A stretch of DNA of 64,000 nucleotides from a virus. Its lineage: Duplodnaviria > Caudoviricetes. The stretch spans positions 1 to 64,000 of IMG/VR virus record IMGVR_UViG_3300016263_001265; one strand, written 5' to 3'. Below, in pieces: positions 9,505-17,697 of the stretch (position 1 is its first letter; each line of letters begins with the position of its first letter). The notes under the pieces were generated by a model, which saw nothing but the letters and a program-made list of their open reading frames with translations, had not been told where the DNA came from and ran no database searches. A program made the position numbers and the translations under genes.

Positions 9505-9748
9505 CCACGAGCCGCTCTGGTGCCGCTGTGAAGGTGGCGGGCTTATGGGGCTGCGGCTGGTTGGTAGTTGCAGACAAACTACTCGCGACGATAAGGACGA
9601 GCGGGGTGGGTGAATAACCAACACCTATGCCGCTTGCAAGAGGTAGCCGAGAGGTAGAGCCTCTCTCCGCAAGGGGATAAGCGTCAAGGCGGCGATACGC
9701 CGATGAGGGTCTGGTTGGTGTGGTGCCAGCCAGACCCTCATCATTTTG
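9505..9748 (+). ncRNA. candidate structured sRNA 2
   Basis: Promoter at 9472 and terminator at about 9703-9748; no long ORF; nested helices. Confidence 0.55.
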
Positions 9749-9856
9749 TTCGTCCTCAAAGGGCGGCGGCCCTTTGAGATAGAACGCTTGACGAGTTGCC
9801 AAGTGTTCGCGTAGTATTCAGGTGCGGGGACTTCCCGCGAAGCATAGGAGGCTCAG

Positions 9857-10177
9857 ATGGCAGACGGATACAACGGCTGGACGAACTGGGAAACTTGGGT
9901 GACGAATCTCTGGATTCAGGAGGGGCTGCTTGACCTCTTTGAGGCTGGCGAGCAGGCGCGCTACTTCGCCGAGCAGGACGAGGACACAGCCGCCTACGAG
10001 ATGGGCAAGTGGATTCGCGAGCAGGTTGAGGAGATTATCGGGGAGCAGCCCGCGGGACTTGTCGCGGACTTTGTCGGCGGCGCGCTCGGCTCGGTTGATT
10101 GGACGGAAATCGGCGAACACTTCACCGACGAAGCAATCCAGAACGAGCGCGAACAAACAGAGAACGCGGACGAATAG
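9857..10177 (+). CDS. conserved phage hypothetical protein (YNGWTNWETW motif)
   Basis: Motif recurrent in phage accessory proteins; SD plus promoter. Confidence 0.75.
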   Translation: MADGYNGWTNWETWVTNLWIQEGLLDLFEAGEQARYFAEQDEDTAAYEMGKWIREQVEEIIGEQPAGLVADFVGGALGSVDWTEIGEHFTDEAIQNEREQTENADE

Positions 10178-10297
10178 CGGCATAATAAAGTAAGACTCCA
10201 AGCACCCGCCGGTGCTTGGAATGGAACCCTTGTGCGTTCGTGGAAGTTCGTGTAGTATTGCCTAGCGGCGGTTGCCGTGAGTAGTAAGGAGGCTGAG

Positions 10298-10558
10298 ATG
10301 GCAGAGTATAAGGTTCGCGGGTGCGCCGTTCTGAGCAGCGGGAAGGTCTGGTCGGATACGATTCTGGTCAAGGGCAATGTGAGCCGCGACAATGCGCTCG
10401 GCAAGGCGCGCCGTATGTTGGAACTATGGAAGGGCGCGGACAATGTTCGCCGAACCGCATTCTGGTTCGCTGATGACCCTGATAGCGTTGCCGAAGGCGA
10501 GAGCAGCGCGCGCCTTATGCTCCGCGAGGCTGAGGCAAGGGGCGAGATTACCGCCTAG
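10298..10558 (+). CDS. hypothetical protein
   Basis: SD before ATG 10298. Confidence 0.7.
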   Translation: MAEYKVRGCAVLSSGKVWSDTILVKGNVSRDNALGKARRMLELWKGADNVRRTAFWFADDPDSVAEGESSARLMLREAEARGEITA

Positions 10559-10687
10559 CCTATCGGCTGCTTCATTAGTTCGGCTTGGAGCAGCCGCGGC
10601 TGCTCCAACTAGAACCTATTGACGGAATCCAAGACATCGCATAGTATTCGTTGTGCGGGGACTTCCCGCCAATAGCAGGGGGCTCAA

Positions 10688-10921
10688 ATGGCAGGAGAAA
10701 GATACACAAACGGCATTATGGAAGGTATGCTTTCTGGGCGCGTAAACTATGCGCTTGACGCAAGCCTAGACGCAAAGGGCGAGAAGCGAGAAGCCTACCT
10801 CAAGGCGGCGCAATACGCGCAAGCCGCTCTGTTCGCCTACGAGGTAAACGGAGATTCGGATGAGGTACGCCAACTCACGACACTTTCGTTTGATTGGATG
10901 GATAAAGCAAACGAAATCTAG
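10688..10921 (+). CDS. hypothetical helical protein
   Basis: SD plus promoter. Confidence 0.7.
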   Translation: MAGERYTNGIMEGMLSGRVNYALDASLDAKGEKREAYLKAAQYAQAALFAYEVNGDSDEVRQLTTLSFDWMDKANEI

Positions 10922-11045
10922 GGCATAAATAGTTCGGCTCCTATTGGCCGCCGCCAATAGGATTAGAACGCTTGACGGCTCGCGCTGTGTTGGCGTAGTA
11001 TTCAGGGGCGGGGACTTCCCGCGAGTAGTAAAAGGGGGCAAAAAA

Positions 11046-11474
11046 ATGGGGAAGGCAATCAAGTTTGCGGTGGGGCAGTTTCTAGACGGAACGCCAACAC
11101 CCGCGCTGTTCAATTGGATTGAGATCGTGGACTTCAACGATGACGGCAACACGCTCAAAGAGCTTTACCGAGTCGGCGAGTGGTACATGACCGAGGTCGC
11201 CGCTTCTGGTAAGTACGGTGCTACGAGTGTCGTGCTCTGGTGCGATGAGGAAGGGCTTTATCATCAGCCCGTCATTCGCAATCAGGCGGCAACTTCGCTG
11301 CGAAACGAAATCCTCGGCGGTCGCTTTGACGCTCTGTTTGGGAACTGCGTACTCACCGCAGAGGACGAGGACGGCAAGACGCTTGCGCTCACCGATGAGC
11401 AGGTTTCGGAAATCAAGACGCTGCTAGAACTTGGCGGGTATCCAATCATCACGGACAACTCAACCAAGAACTAG
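11046..11474 (+). CDS. DUF3846-like protein
   Basis: LWCDEEGL...N..AT...LFGNCVLT motif. Confidence 0.7.
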   Translation: MGKAIKFAVGQFLDGTPTPALFNWIEIVDFNDDGNTLKELYRVGEWYMTEVAASGKYGATSVVLWCDEEGLYHQPVIRNQAATSLRNEILGGRFDALFGNCVLTAEDEDGKTLALTDEQVSEIKTLLELGGYPIITDNSTKN

Positions 11475-11639
11475 GCGCGAAAGAGTCATAAACAGACAAG
11501 CGGGGCGATTGCCCCGCTTGTTTGTTTGTTCAGCTCCAATCTGCCGCGGCAGATTGGAATAGAACCCCTTGACGAATCCGAATCGGCGTGCCTACAATGG
11601 GCGTAGCCCGATTGGGCTGGCTGCGAATAAAGGGGGGCT

Positions 11640-11780
11640 ATGGTGGACGAGTTTCTTGAGTGCAAGTGCGTATGCGGTTGCGAGGCATACGCGGGCGAAT
11701 ACTCCTGGTGTGTGGACTGCCTGGAAGGTACGCACCAGAACAACAACAAACTAGACGATGGCGAACTAGGCAAAGAGTAG
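11640..11780 (+). CDS. 46-aa Cys-rich microprotein (not in ORF track)
   Basis: MVDEFLECKCVCGCEAYAGEYSWCVDC...; SD upstream. Confidence 0.55.
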   Translation: MVDEFLECKCVCGCEAYAGEYSWCVDCLEGTHQNNNKLDDGELGKE

Positions 11781-11794
11781 AAGGAGATAGAGAG

Positions 11795-11998
11795 ATGTGC
11801 GATTGGTGCAACGAGGTAATCGCTCCAGACGCTCCGAGGTGGATGGACGAACACGCGGGACTCTACTACCACGACTACTGCGGCGCGGAACTCCGAGCGG
11901 AGTTGCGAGCCGAGGCAGCCGCGCTGCTAGGCGACCGCGAGGCGTACGCCTACGAGGACGATTGGGACGGCTCTCAGTTTCTCTGGGATAGGAGATAA
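11795..11998 (+). CDS. small Zn-finger-like protein
   Basis: CDWC...HDYC motif; AAGGAG SD. Confidence 0.6.
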   Translation: MCDWCNEVIAPDAPRWMDEHAGLYYHDYCGAELRAELRAEAAALLGDREAYAYEDDWDGSQFLWDRR

Positions 11999-12193
11999 CA
12001 CAAGCACCGATGGCGGCGGGGAAACCCGCCGCCATTATCGTTATGCTGCAAGCGTCCGCCGACGCTTGCAATCGAACGTTAGTTATGTTGTTAGTTAGAT
12101 CAGGGAGTTGCGAGATCGAACTAGATTCGATGGAGAGATGAGATTGAACCACCCCGCCCGCCGCGCGTCCGCGGCGAGCGGGGTGTTCGTCTA

Positions 12194-12439
12194 CTAGATT
12201 TCGTTTACTTCGAGGTCGTCCATCCTCGGGAATTTGTCGTACGCTTCATTGTACGCTTCCTCCCACGCTTTCTCGGCGCAGCCATCGCAATTGAGAATCG
12301 CGTCCATGCGCTCATCCCATTGCTCTGTCGTTTCATCCTTTGGCTCTTTGTGCTCGTCGCACAGCATTGAATCGTAATCTTGGTCGACCTCAATAGTGTC
12401 CTCTATTGTCGCAACCACCTTGAACCTACGGCTCGGCAT
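12194..12439 (-). CDS. hypothetical protein, unit 1
   Basis: SD and repeat module upstream. Confidence 0.75.
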   Translation of the reverse strand: MPSRRFKVVATIEDTIEVDQDYDSMLCDEHKEPKDETTEQWDERMDAILNCDGCAEKAWEEAYNEAYDKFPRMDDLEVNEI

Positions 12440-12675
12440 TATCAGCCTCCTGTTTTACGATTCACACTATCAACGATAGTGCGTCGGCGTCCCGATGGAT
12501 AGATAGTGCCAAGAGCGATTAGTCAGTTTAGGTTCGTGCGATGCGAGCGGAGCGAGCAATTGAACGTTAGTTAGGGTTAGTTAGTTATCTTATGGGCTGC
12601 CGAGCTCGAACAAAGTGAGGGAGACGAGGGATACCACCGCCCCCCACCGCGCGTCCGCGGTGGGGGGCGGGGTGC

Positions 12676-12978
12676 CTATGCCTTCGACTGAGCCTTCTCA
12701 ATCGCCTTCATAGCAGAAGCCTGACGCTTCTGGAGTTCCTTGACGTTTGCTTCATAGTAGGCAAGAGCCTTGTTGGCAACATCAAGCGCGGCGTTCAGTT
12801 TCTTGACGACGCTCTTGCTGGGCTTCTCTGCTCTTGCGACTATCGCAATCTGCTCTTGCGTGAAGTCAACGGCGTCCATAGCCGCAGCACGCTGCTCAAT
12901 AGAGCGCGCGAGGAGTTTCGTGATGACCCCAAGCGACTCTGTTGCTGTGCGCTTCGCGCGCTTTACTTTCTCTCCCAT
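12676..12978 (-). CDS. coiled-coil hypothetical protein, unit 2
   Basis: SD and module. Confidence 0.8.
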   Translation of the reverse strand: MGEKVKRAKRTATESLGVITKLLARSIEQRAAAMDAVDFTQEQIAIVARAEKPSKSVVKKLNAALDVANKALAYYEANVKELQKRQASAMKAIEKAQSKA

Positions 12979-13206
12979 AAAGCCTCCTGTGCTATGACTT
13001 GATTATGCGGCGCGTCCGCCGCTACAAGAAGAATACGCGGTTTGTAAAGTTTAGTCAGGTTAGGTCGTAAGCCGCGGAGCGGCGAGTCGAACCTGGTTAT
13101 GTAGTTAGTTAGTTATCTTATGGAGTTGCGAGATCGAACAAAGTGAGATAGAGACGAGAGACCTAACCACCCGAGCCGCAGGACCTCGCGGCTCGGGTGG
13201 GTTGGA

Positions 13207-13473
13207 CTATCGGTTCGTGGAAGCTTCAACCGTGAATCCGTCAATCGCTCGGCGCAAGTACGATTGATGGCGTGATGTCGTCACGCTGTAGCGCTGATTG
13301 TTTAGATTCCAATGCGTGCCGTCAGTCTGACCAATCCACTGATTGTACGAATACACCACATAGATTTCTCCCTGCCACTCGCCACGCATACTCCCTGTGT
13401 GCGAAGAGAAATCATCTAGGCGCGAAATCGCCGCGATGACCTCTTTACGATTTAGCCGCTTACGCTTTCCCAT
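13207..13473 (-). CDS. conserved phage hypothetical protein (YSVTTSRHQS motif), unit 3
   Basis: Motif; SD before ATG 13473. Confidence 0.75.
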   Translation of the reverse strand: MGKRKRLNRKEVIAAISRLDDFSSHTGSMRGEWQGEIYVVYSYNQWIGQTDGTHWNLNNQRYSVTTSRHQSYLRRAIDGFTVEASTNR

Positions 13474-13695
13474 TACTTTCCCTCCTACTACTAGCGCGGG
13501 AAGTCCCCGCTCATCCATAATCGCGGTATCGCTTAGATAGTTTAGGTTCAGTCGTAGCGAGCGGAGCGAGCCGTGGAACGTTATGGTTATCCAGTTAGTT
13601 ATCTTAGGGATCTGCGGGATAGAACGAAGTTCTATAGAGAGGAGGAATCTACCAACCCCCCACCGCAGCGCGTCCGCTGCGATGAGGGGTTGGAT

Positions 13696-13944
13696 TTACT
13701 GAGCGATTGCTTCCCGCTCTGCCGTGAGTTGGTCCCACGCTTCCAAGAGAGCGTCCTTCGCTTTCATGTGAGCGGTGTACTCCTGGTCCCAATGGTCCAG
13801 AAGCGTATCGTACATCTTGTCATCGCCACACTTGATTTCTCTGCCGTTCAGTTTCTTCCAATGATTCTCATAAGAAGAAAGATTGGCGTATGCCGCCCTC
13901 TCCGAGAGAAAAGTAAGTGCGAACATTTTATAGAACTCGTCCAT
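13696..13944 (-). CDS. helical hypothetical protein, unit 4; paralog of 15140-15397
   Basis: Shared pattern MDxxYxxFALxxLxERxA...Y.xLxDxWD. Confidence 0.8.
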   Translation of the reverse strand: MDEFYKMFALTFLSERAAYANLSSYENHWKKLNGREIKCGDDKMYDTLLDHWDQEYTAHMKAKDALLEAWDQLTAEREAIAQ

Positions 13945-14196
13945 ACTGCCCCCTGTACTAAACGATTCACGCCATCAACGATAGCGTGTCGGCGTCCCGA
14001 TACAAGAAGAATAGGTGGCTCGAAGAGTTTAGTCAGGTTGCCGCGTTAGGCGCGGAGCGCCGAGTCGAACTTAGTTAGTGGTTATTATTAAGTTAGTTAT
14101 CCTGCGAAGTTTCGGGATAGAACGAAGTTCTATAGAGAGCATCGAACTAACCACCACCGCCAACCGCGCGTCCGCGGCTGACGGTGGTGGGGATTC

Positions 14197-14418
14197 TCAG
14201 TATCCTCGGCGCGTCCGAATCTTTTCCTTTACATGCTCAACGACGCGGTCCTCTTCACTATTCCAGAAACAATCCGCGCAGATTGCCTCGGGAAGTATGG
14301 TGTCGTAACCATAGTAGTCTTCCCAGGAATCTTGGATTTCATCCTCGCTTCCAGTGGCATCACACCAACTGCAAGTGAGGACTTTCTCCTCTTGCTCTAT
14401 CTTTTCCTCTAAGGTCAC
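14197..14418 (-). CDS. CxxC-CxxC microprotein, unit 5
   Basis: CSWC and CADC. Confidence 0.7.
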   Translation of the reverse strand: MTLEEKIEQEEKVLTCSWCDATGSEDEIQDSWEDYYGYDTILPEAICADCFWNSEEDRVVEHVKEKIRTRRGY

Positions 14419-14655
14419 TTTACACCCCCAGAACTAAACGATTCACGCAACCAACGGTAGCGCGTCGGCGTCCCGATGAATAAAGAATAGGCATTCTGAG
14501 AAGTTTAGTCAGGTTCATTCGATAGCCGCGGAGCGGCGAGTCGAACTTAGTTAGGCAGTTAGTTATCTTATGGGACTGCGAGCTCGAACGTAGTTCGAGA
14601 GAGAAGAGCGATCGACCACCCCCCGCCGCGCGTCCGCGACGAGGGGTGAGTCGAA

Positions 14656-14907
14656 TCAGATCGGAAGATCCATCAAGATCCTTGTGCGCTGATCGTCGGT
14701 GAGCATTCTCCAGATGTCAAGTTCCTTCATCTTGTCGTGAAGGTTCATGCGATCGCCGTACACGCCACCGAGCATGCCAACGATACACTCTGGATTGTCT
14801 TCATCCGTGATCTCCGTCAGGAAGTATTCTGGAATACCCTGATCGAATCCGTAGATGAACTTTCGCTCTTCGCCCTTGACGATTGCTTTAAGTCTGTACT
14901 GGCTCAT
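14656..14907 (-). CDS. hypothetical protein, unit 6
   Basis: SD and module. Confidence 0.75.
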   Translation of the reverse strand: MSQYRLKAIVKGEERKFIYGFDQGIPEYFLTEITDEDNPECIVGMLGGVYGDRMNLHDKMKELDIWRMLTDDQRTRILMDLPI

Positions 14908-15139
14908 ACCTACCTCCTATAACTACTACTACAACTATACGGCGCGTCCGCCGTGCTAATACGATCCCAGATTCGCTGGGTCAGTTTAGGGTCGTGCGTT
15001 GGACGCGGAGCGGCCTGTCGAACTTAGGTTAGGGTTAGTTAGTTATATTGTGGAGTTGCGGGATAGAACGAAGTTCTATAGAGAGCAGAGATCTACCAAC
15101 CCCCCACCGCAGCGCGTCCGCTGCGATGGGGGGTTGGAT

Positions 15140-15397
15140 TTACTGAGCGGAGAGAACCGTGAAGGTTCCCTCTGCTTTCATCTTTCGATATTCCTTGGTG
15201 AGGACTTTCTCTACGTCCTTGAGTTCAGTGTGCGCCGCGTCCCACTCGTCGACGAGTGAAGCGTATACGGCGTCCGTAGCGTACCGTGGCTCTGGCTTGC
15301 CCTGCGCAGCAGCGATTGTTTCCCACTGCTGAACATTGCGCCACGCTTCTCGCTCCGCAAGCCACGCAAGAGCGAATAGTCTGTACAAACTATCCAT
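15140..15397 (-). CDS. helical hypothetical protein, unit 7
   Basis: Paralog of unit 4. Confidence 0.8.
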   Translation of the reverse strand: MDSLYRLFALAWLAEREAWRNVQQWETIAAAQGKPEPRYATDAVYASLVDEWDAAHTELKDVEKVLTKEYRKMKAEGTFTVLSAQ

Positions 15398-15630
15398 ACT
15401 GCCTCCTGTTATCTTGACTCACGCTATCAACGATAGCGTGTCGGCGTCCCGATGAATACAGAGTAGGGAGTACGAGAGGTTTAGTAAGGTTACTGCGTAA
15501 GGCGCGGAGCGCCGAGTCGAACTTAGTTATCCAGTTAGTTATATTAGGGGCTGCCGAGATCGAACAAAGTTCGATAGAGAGAGACGACCTAACTCCCCCA
15601 GCCGCGCGTCCGCGACTGGGGGAGTAGGCT

Positions 15631-15933
15631 TCAGATTGACCAGCCGTCAGCGGGCATCTCTTCGATGATCCACTGATCGGCTTCGTTGCGCTCACGCACG
15701 CGATAGCCGATTGGCTTCAACGCATCGTTCAGCGTTGTGCGCATTCCGTCACTAGCGAACTCGTCAAGGTATCCCCTAGGGTTTGCCTTGCGGCGATAAT
15801 CCAACGCCTTGACGATTCTATCCGATACCCTATCGGTAATCTCGTTCAGCGCGGCATCATTCTCCGCCCCCGTCTTCCTATCATCGTGGCGGTATACAAC
15901 CAACCACTCGATAGGATTGTAGTGCTTACTCAT
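15631..15933 (-). CDS. hypothetical protein, unit 8
   Basis: SD and module. Confidence 0.75.
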   Translation of the reverse strand: MSKHYNPIEWLVVYRHDDRKTGAENDAALNEITDRVSDRIVKALDYRRKANPRGYLDEFASDGMRTTLNDALKPIGYRVRERNEADQWIIEEMPADGWSI

Positions 15934-16208
15934 AACTACCTCCTATAACTACTACTACTATTGCGCGGTGCGTCCACCGCCTATCCATAATCAGGGATAG
16001 GATAGTTCATTCATTGTGGTGGCGATAGGCGCGGAGCGCCGTCTAGAACGTTAGTTAGGGTTAGTTAGTTATCTTATGGAGTTGCGAGATCGAACAAAGT
16101 TCGATAGAGATCAACGCACTAACCCACCCCCCACTCGCCGCTTGCTGCGAGTGGGGGGTGGAGCGAGCGCCCTAGCAGTGAGCGCTCGCTGTGTTGCTCC
16201 CGAGTGTG

Positions 16209-16454
16209 CTAATCGGCGTTCGCCATAGCACGATTCAGATCAGCCTGAGCACGCTCAAACTCATCCTCACGATGCCATAGCACCCGATTCGCTGTCTGCA
16301 CATCGCGGTGCGAGAGCGGCGAGTTCCCCAGGTATGGGGCTCGCTGCTGTGCAACGCGGTGCTTCGCAGCGACAAAATCACACTGCGCAGCAATCAAGCG
16401 ACCGAGAGTTTCGTCTCGGCGCTTTTTTGCTGCCGCCAGATTCCTGTCGGACAT
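16209..16454 (-). CDS. hypothetical protein, unit 9
   Basis: SD before ATG 16454. Confidence 0.65.
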   Translation of the reverse strand: MSDRNLAAAKKRRDETLGRLIAAQCDFVAAKHRVAQQRAPYLGNSPLSHRDVQTANRVLWHREDEFERAQADLNRAMANAD

Positions 16455-16698
16455 AAGCACCTACCTTTCTGTCGCCACGCCTGCTATTGCGTTGCCTCGG
16501 CGACAAGAAAAGAATACGAAGACTCGCAGGGTAGTTTAGGTTGCTGCGATGGGCGCGGAGCGGCCAATCGAACGTTAGTTAGGGAGTTAGTTATATTACG
16601 GGCTGCCGAGATCGAACTCATCCGTATGGAGAGAAGGGATCGACCTACCCCCCACCGCGTTTCCGCGATGGGGGGTAGTGGAAGCGATTGGCTACTGG

Positions 16699-16956
16699 CT
16701 AGACCTTGTGCTCGTCCATCTCCGAGTCTAGGAATTTGTATTCCTTGATCTCCGTGTCGTTTGCCGGTTCGGCATTGTCGACCGTCGCATCTCCCTCGTT
16801 GGCGTAATCCGTCGCCCAACCATTAGCAACAAGATTCTCAGCAATCTCTTTTGCTTGCTCGAGATTCTTTGCCATGATCGGTAGCGGGTACTCTACAAGG
16901 ACCGATACCGTCACCATGAACGGCATCATCTCCGGTTGCTTCTTTTTCTTTCCCAT
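16699..16956 (-). CDS. DpnD/PcfM-like protein, unit 10
   Basis: PIMAKNLEQAKEIA pattern. Confidence 0.7.
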   Translation of the reverse strand: MGKKKKQPEMMPFMVTVSVLVEYPLPIMAKNLEQAKEIAENLVANGWATDYANEGDATVDNAEPANDTEIKEYKFLDSEMDEHKV

Positions 16957-17201
16957 GACAGACCTCCTGCTTTACGGTACACATAGGCGGCGCTTCCAAC
17001 CGCACATCCATAATCGCGGTTGCGTGCTTATTGTTTAGGTTGTCCCGTTAGGCGCGGAGCGCCGACTCGAACTTAGTTAGTTATTGGGTTAGTTATATTA
17101 GGGACACGCGAGATCGAACGAAGTGAGAGGGGCGAGGGATCGACCACCCCGCCCACCGCGCGTTCGCGGTGAGCGGGGTGTGGTGCGTGAGCAGCTATCG
17201 A

Positions 17202-17456
17202 CTAGCCGCGGCGAAGGAACGTCGGGAAATCGAGCCAAACGCCAGCATCCTCGAGACGCTTGATAGCAGCGTCGCCGCGGACGTTGATACTCGCAGCGTC
17301 GGCGTATCCGCCGCTGTGAATGTTTAGCACGAGCTCGCCGTTTACCCGCCCGAGCTCATACGTGAGCAACGCGGGGAAACCTCCGCCATCATTGATTTCA
17401 TAGTGGAGCGACACGACGCCGTGTCGCACGTTCCACCCTGCTAGTGCTCCTACCAT
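17202..17456 (-). CDS. hypothetical protein, unit 11
   Basis: SD and module. Confidence 0.75.
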   Translation of the reverse strand: MVGALAGWNVRHGVVSLHYEINDGGGFPALLTYELGRVNGELVLNIHSGGYADAASINVRGDAAIKRLEDAGVWLDFPTFLRRG

Positions 17457-17697
17457 TACCTACCTCCTTACTACTACGGAGCGGTTGCCCCGTGAATCCA
17501 TACTGCCCTACGCGAAAGATAGTTAAAGTCATACCGATAGGCGCGGAGCGCCGTCTCGAACGTTAGTCGGTTAGTTAGTTTATGGACCTGCGGCATCGAA
17601 CCTTGTTCAATAGAGAGAGACGACCTAACTCCCCTCCCCACCGCCGTGGCGGAGGGGAGGGGAGGGGAGTGGGGGTGTCGCATCCACCCCCACTCGA

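Larger units (their letters stand above)
1331..11598 (+). promoter_or_regulatory. series of sigma70-like promoters TTGAC(A/G/T)-N17/18-(T/G)A(C/G/T)(A/T/G)AT, one after nearly every 38-bp element
   Basis: e.g. ttgact-18-tacaat at 1331, ttgaca-18-gacaat at 3064, ttgaca-18-tacaat at 6028, ttgacg-18-tagtat at 9788; most are followed by an AAGGAGG SD. Confidence 0.85.
1280..12077 (+). repeat. 19 dispersed copies of a 38-bp hairpin element GTTC-N3-(10-bp stem)-4-nt loop-(stem)-N3-GAAC
   Basis: Copies start at 1280, 2298, 3022, 3956, 4860, 5988, 6632, 7094, 7550, 8009, 8654, 9116, 9432, 9748, 10190, 10578, 10932, 11528, 12040; stem sequences differ but stay complementary. Confidence 0.95.

Noticed and set aside
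9196-9748. Known ribozyme, tRNA or tmRNA in the non-coding cassettes
   Set aside because: No hammerhead CUGAUGA/GAAA core, T-loop or cloverleaf seen; no tRNA was recognised anywhere in the window.
1280-12077. 38-bp elements as ordinary intrinsic terminators
   Set aside because: No U tract on either side, loops occur in both orientations, and true terminators often lie immediately upstream.
13165-13208. Integron attC-like site (ACCTAAC...hairpin...GTTGGAC; similar at 13650 and 15095)
   Set aside because: The RYYYAAC/GTTRRRY ends are present in only about 3 of 14 post-stop hairpins, and no tyrosine recombinase is in the window.
12570-16070. Telomere-like TTAGGG repeats
   Set aside because: Only isolated GGGTTAG within GTTA tracts, with no tandem array.
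13620-16104. LexA SOS boxes
   Set aside because: Half-sites resemble GAAC/GTTC, but the spacer is 3 nt rather than the 4 nt of the Gram-positive-type box; kept as an unknown operator.
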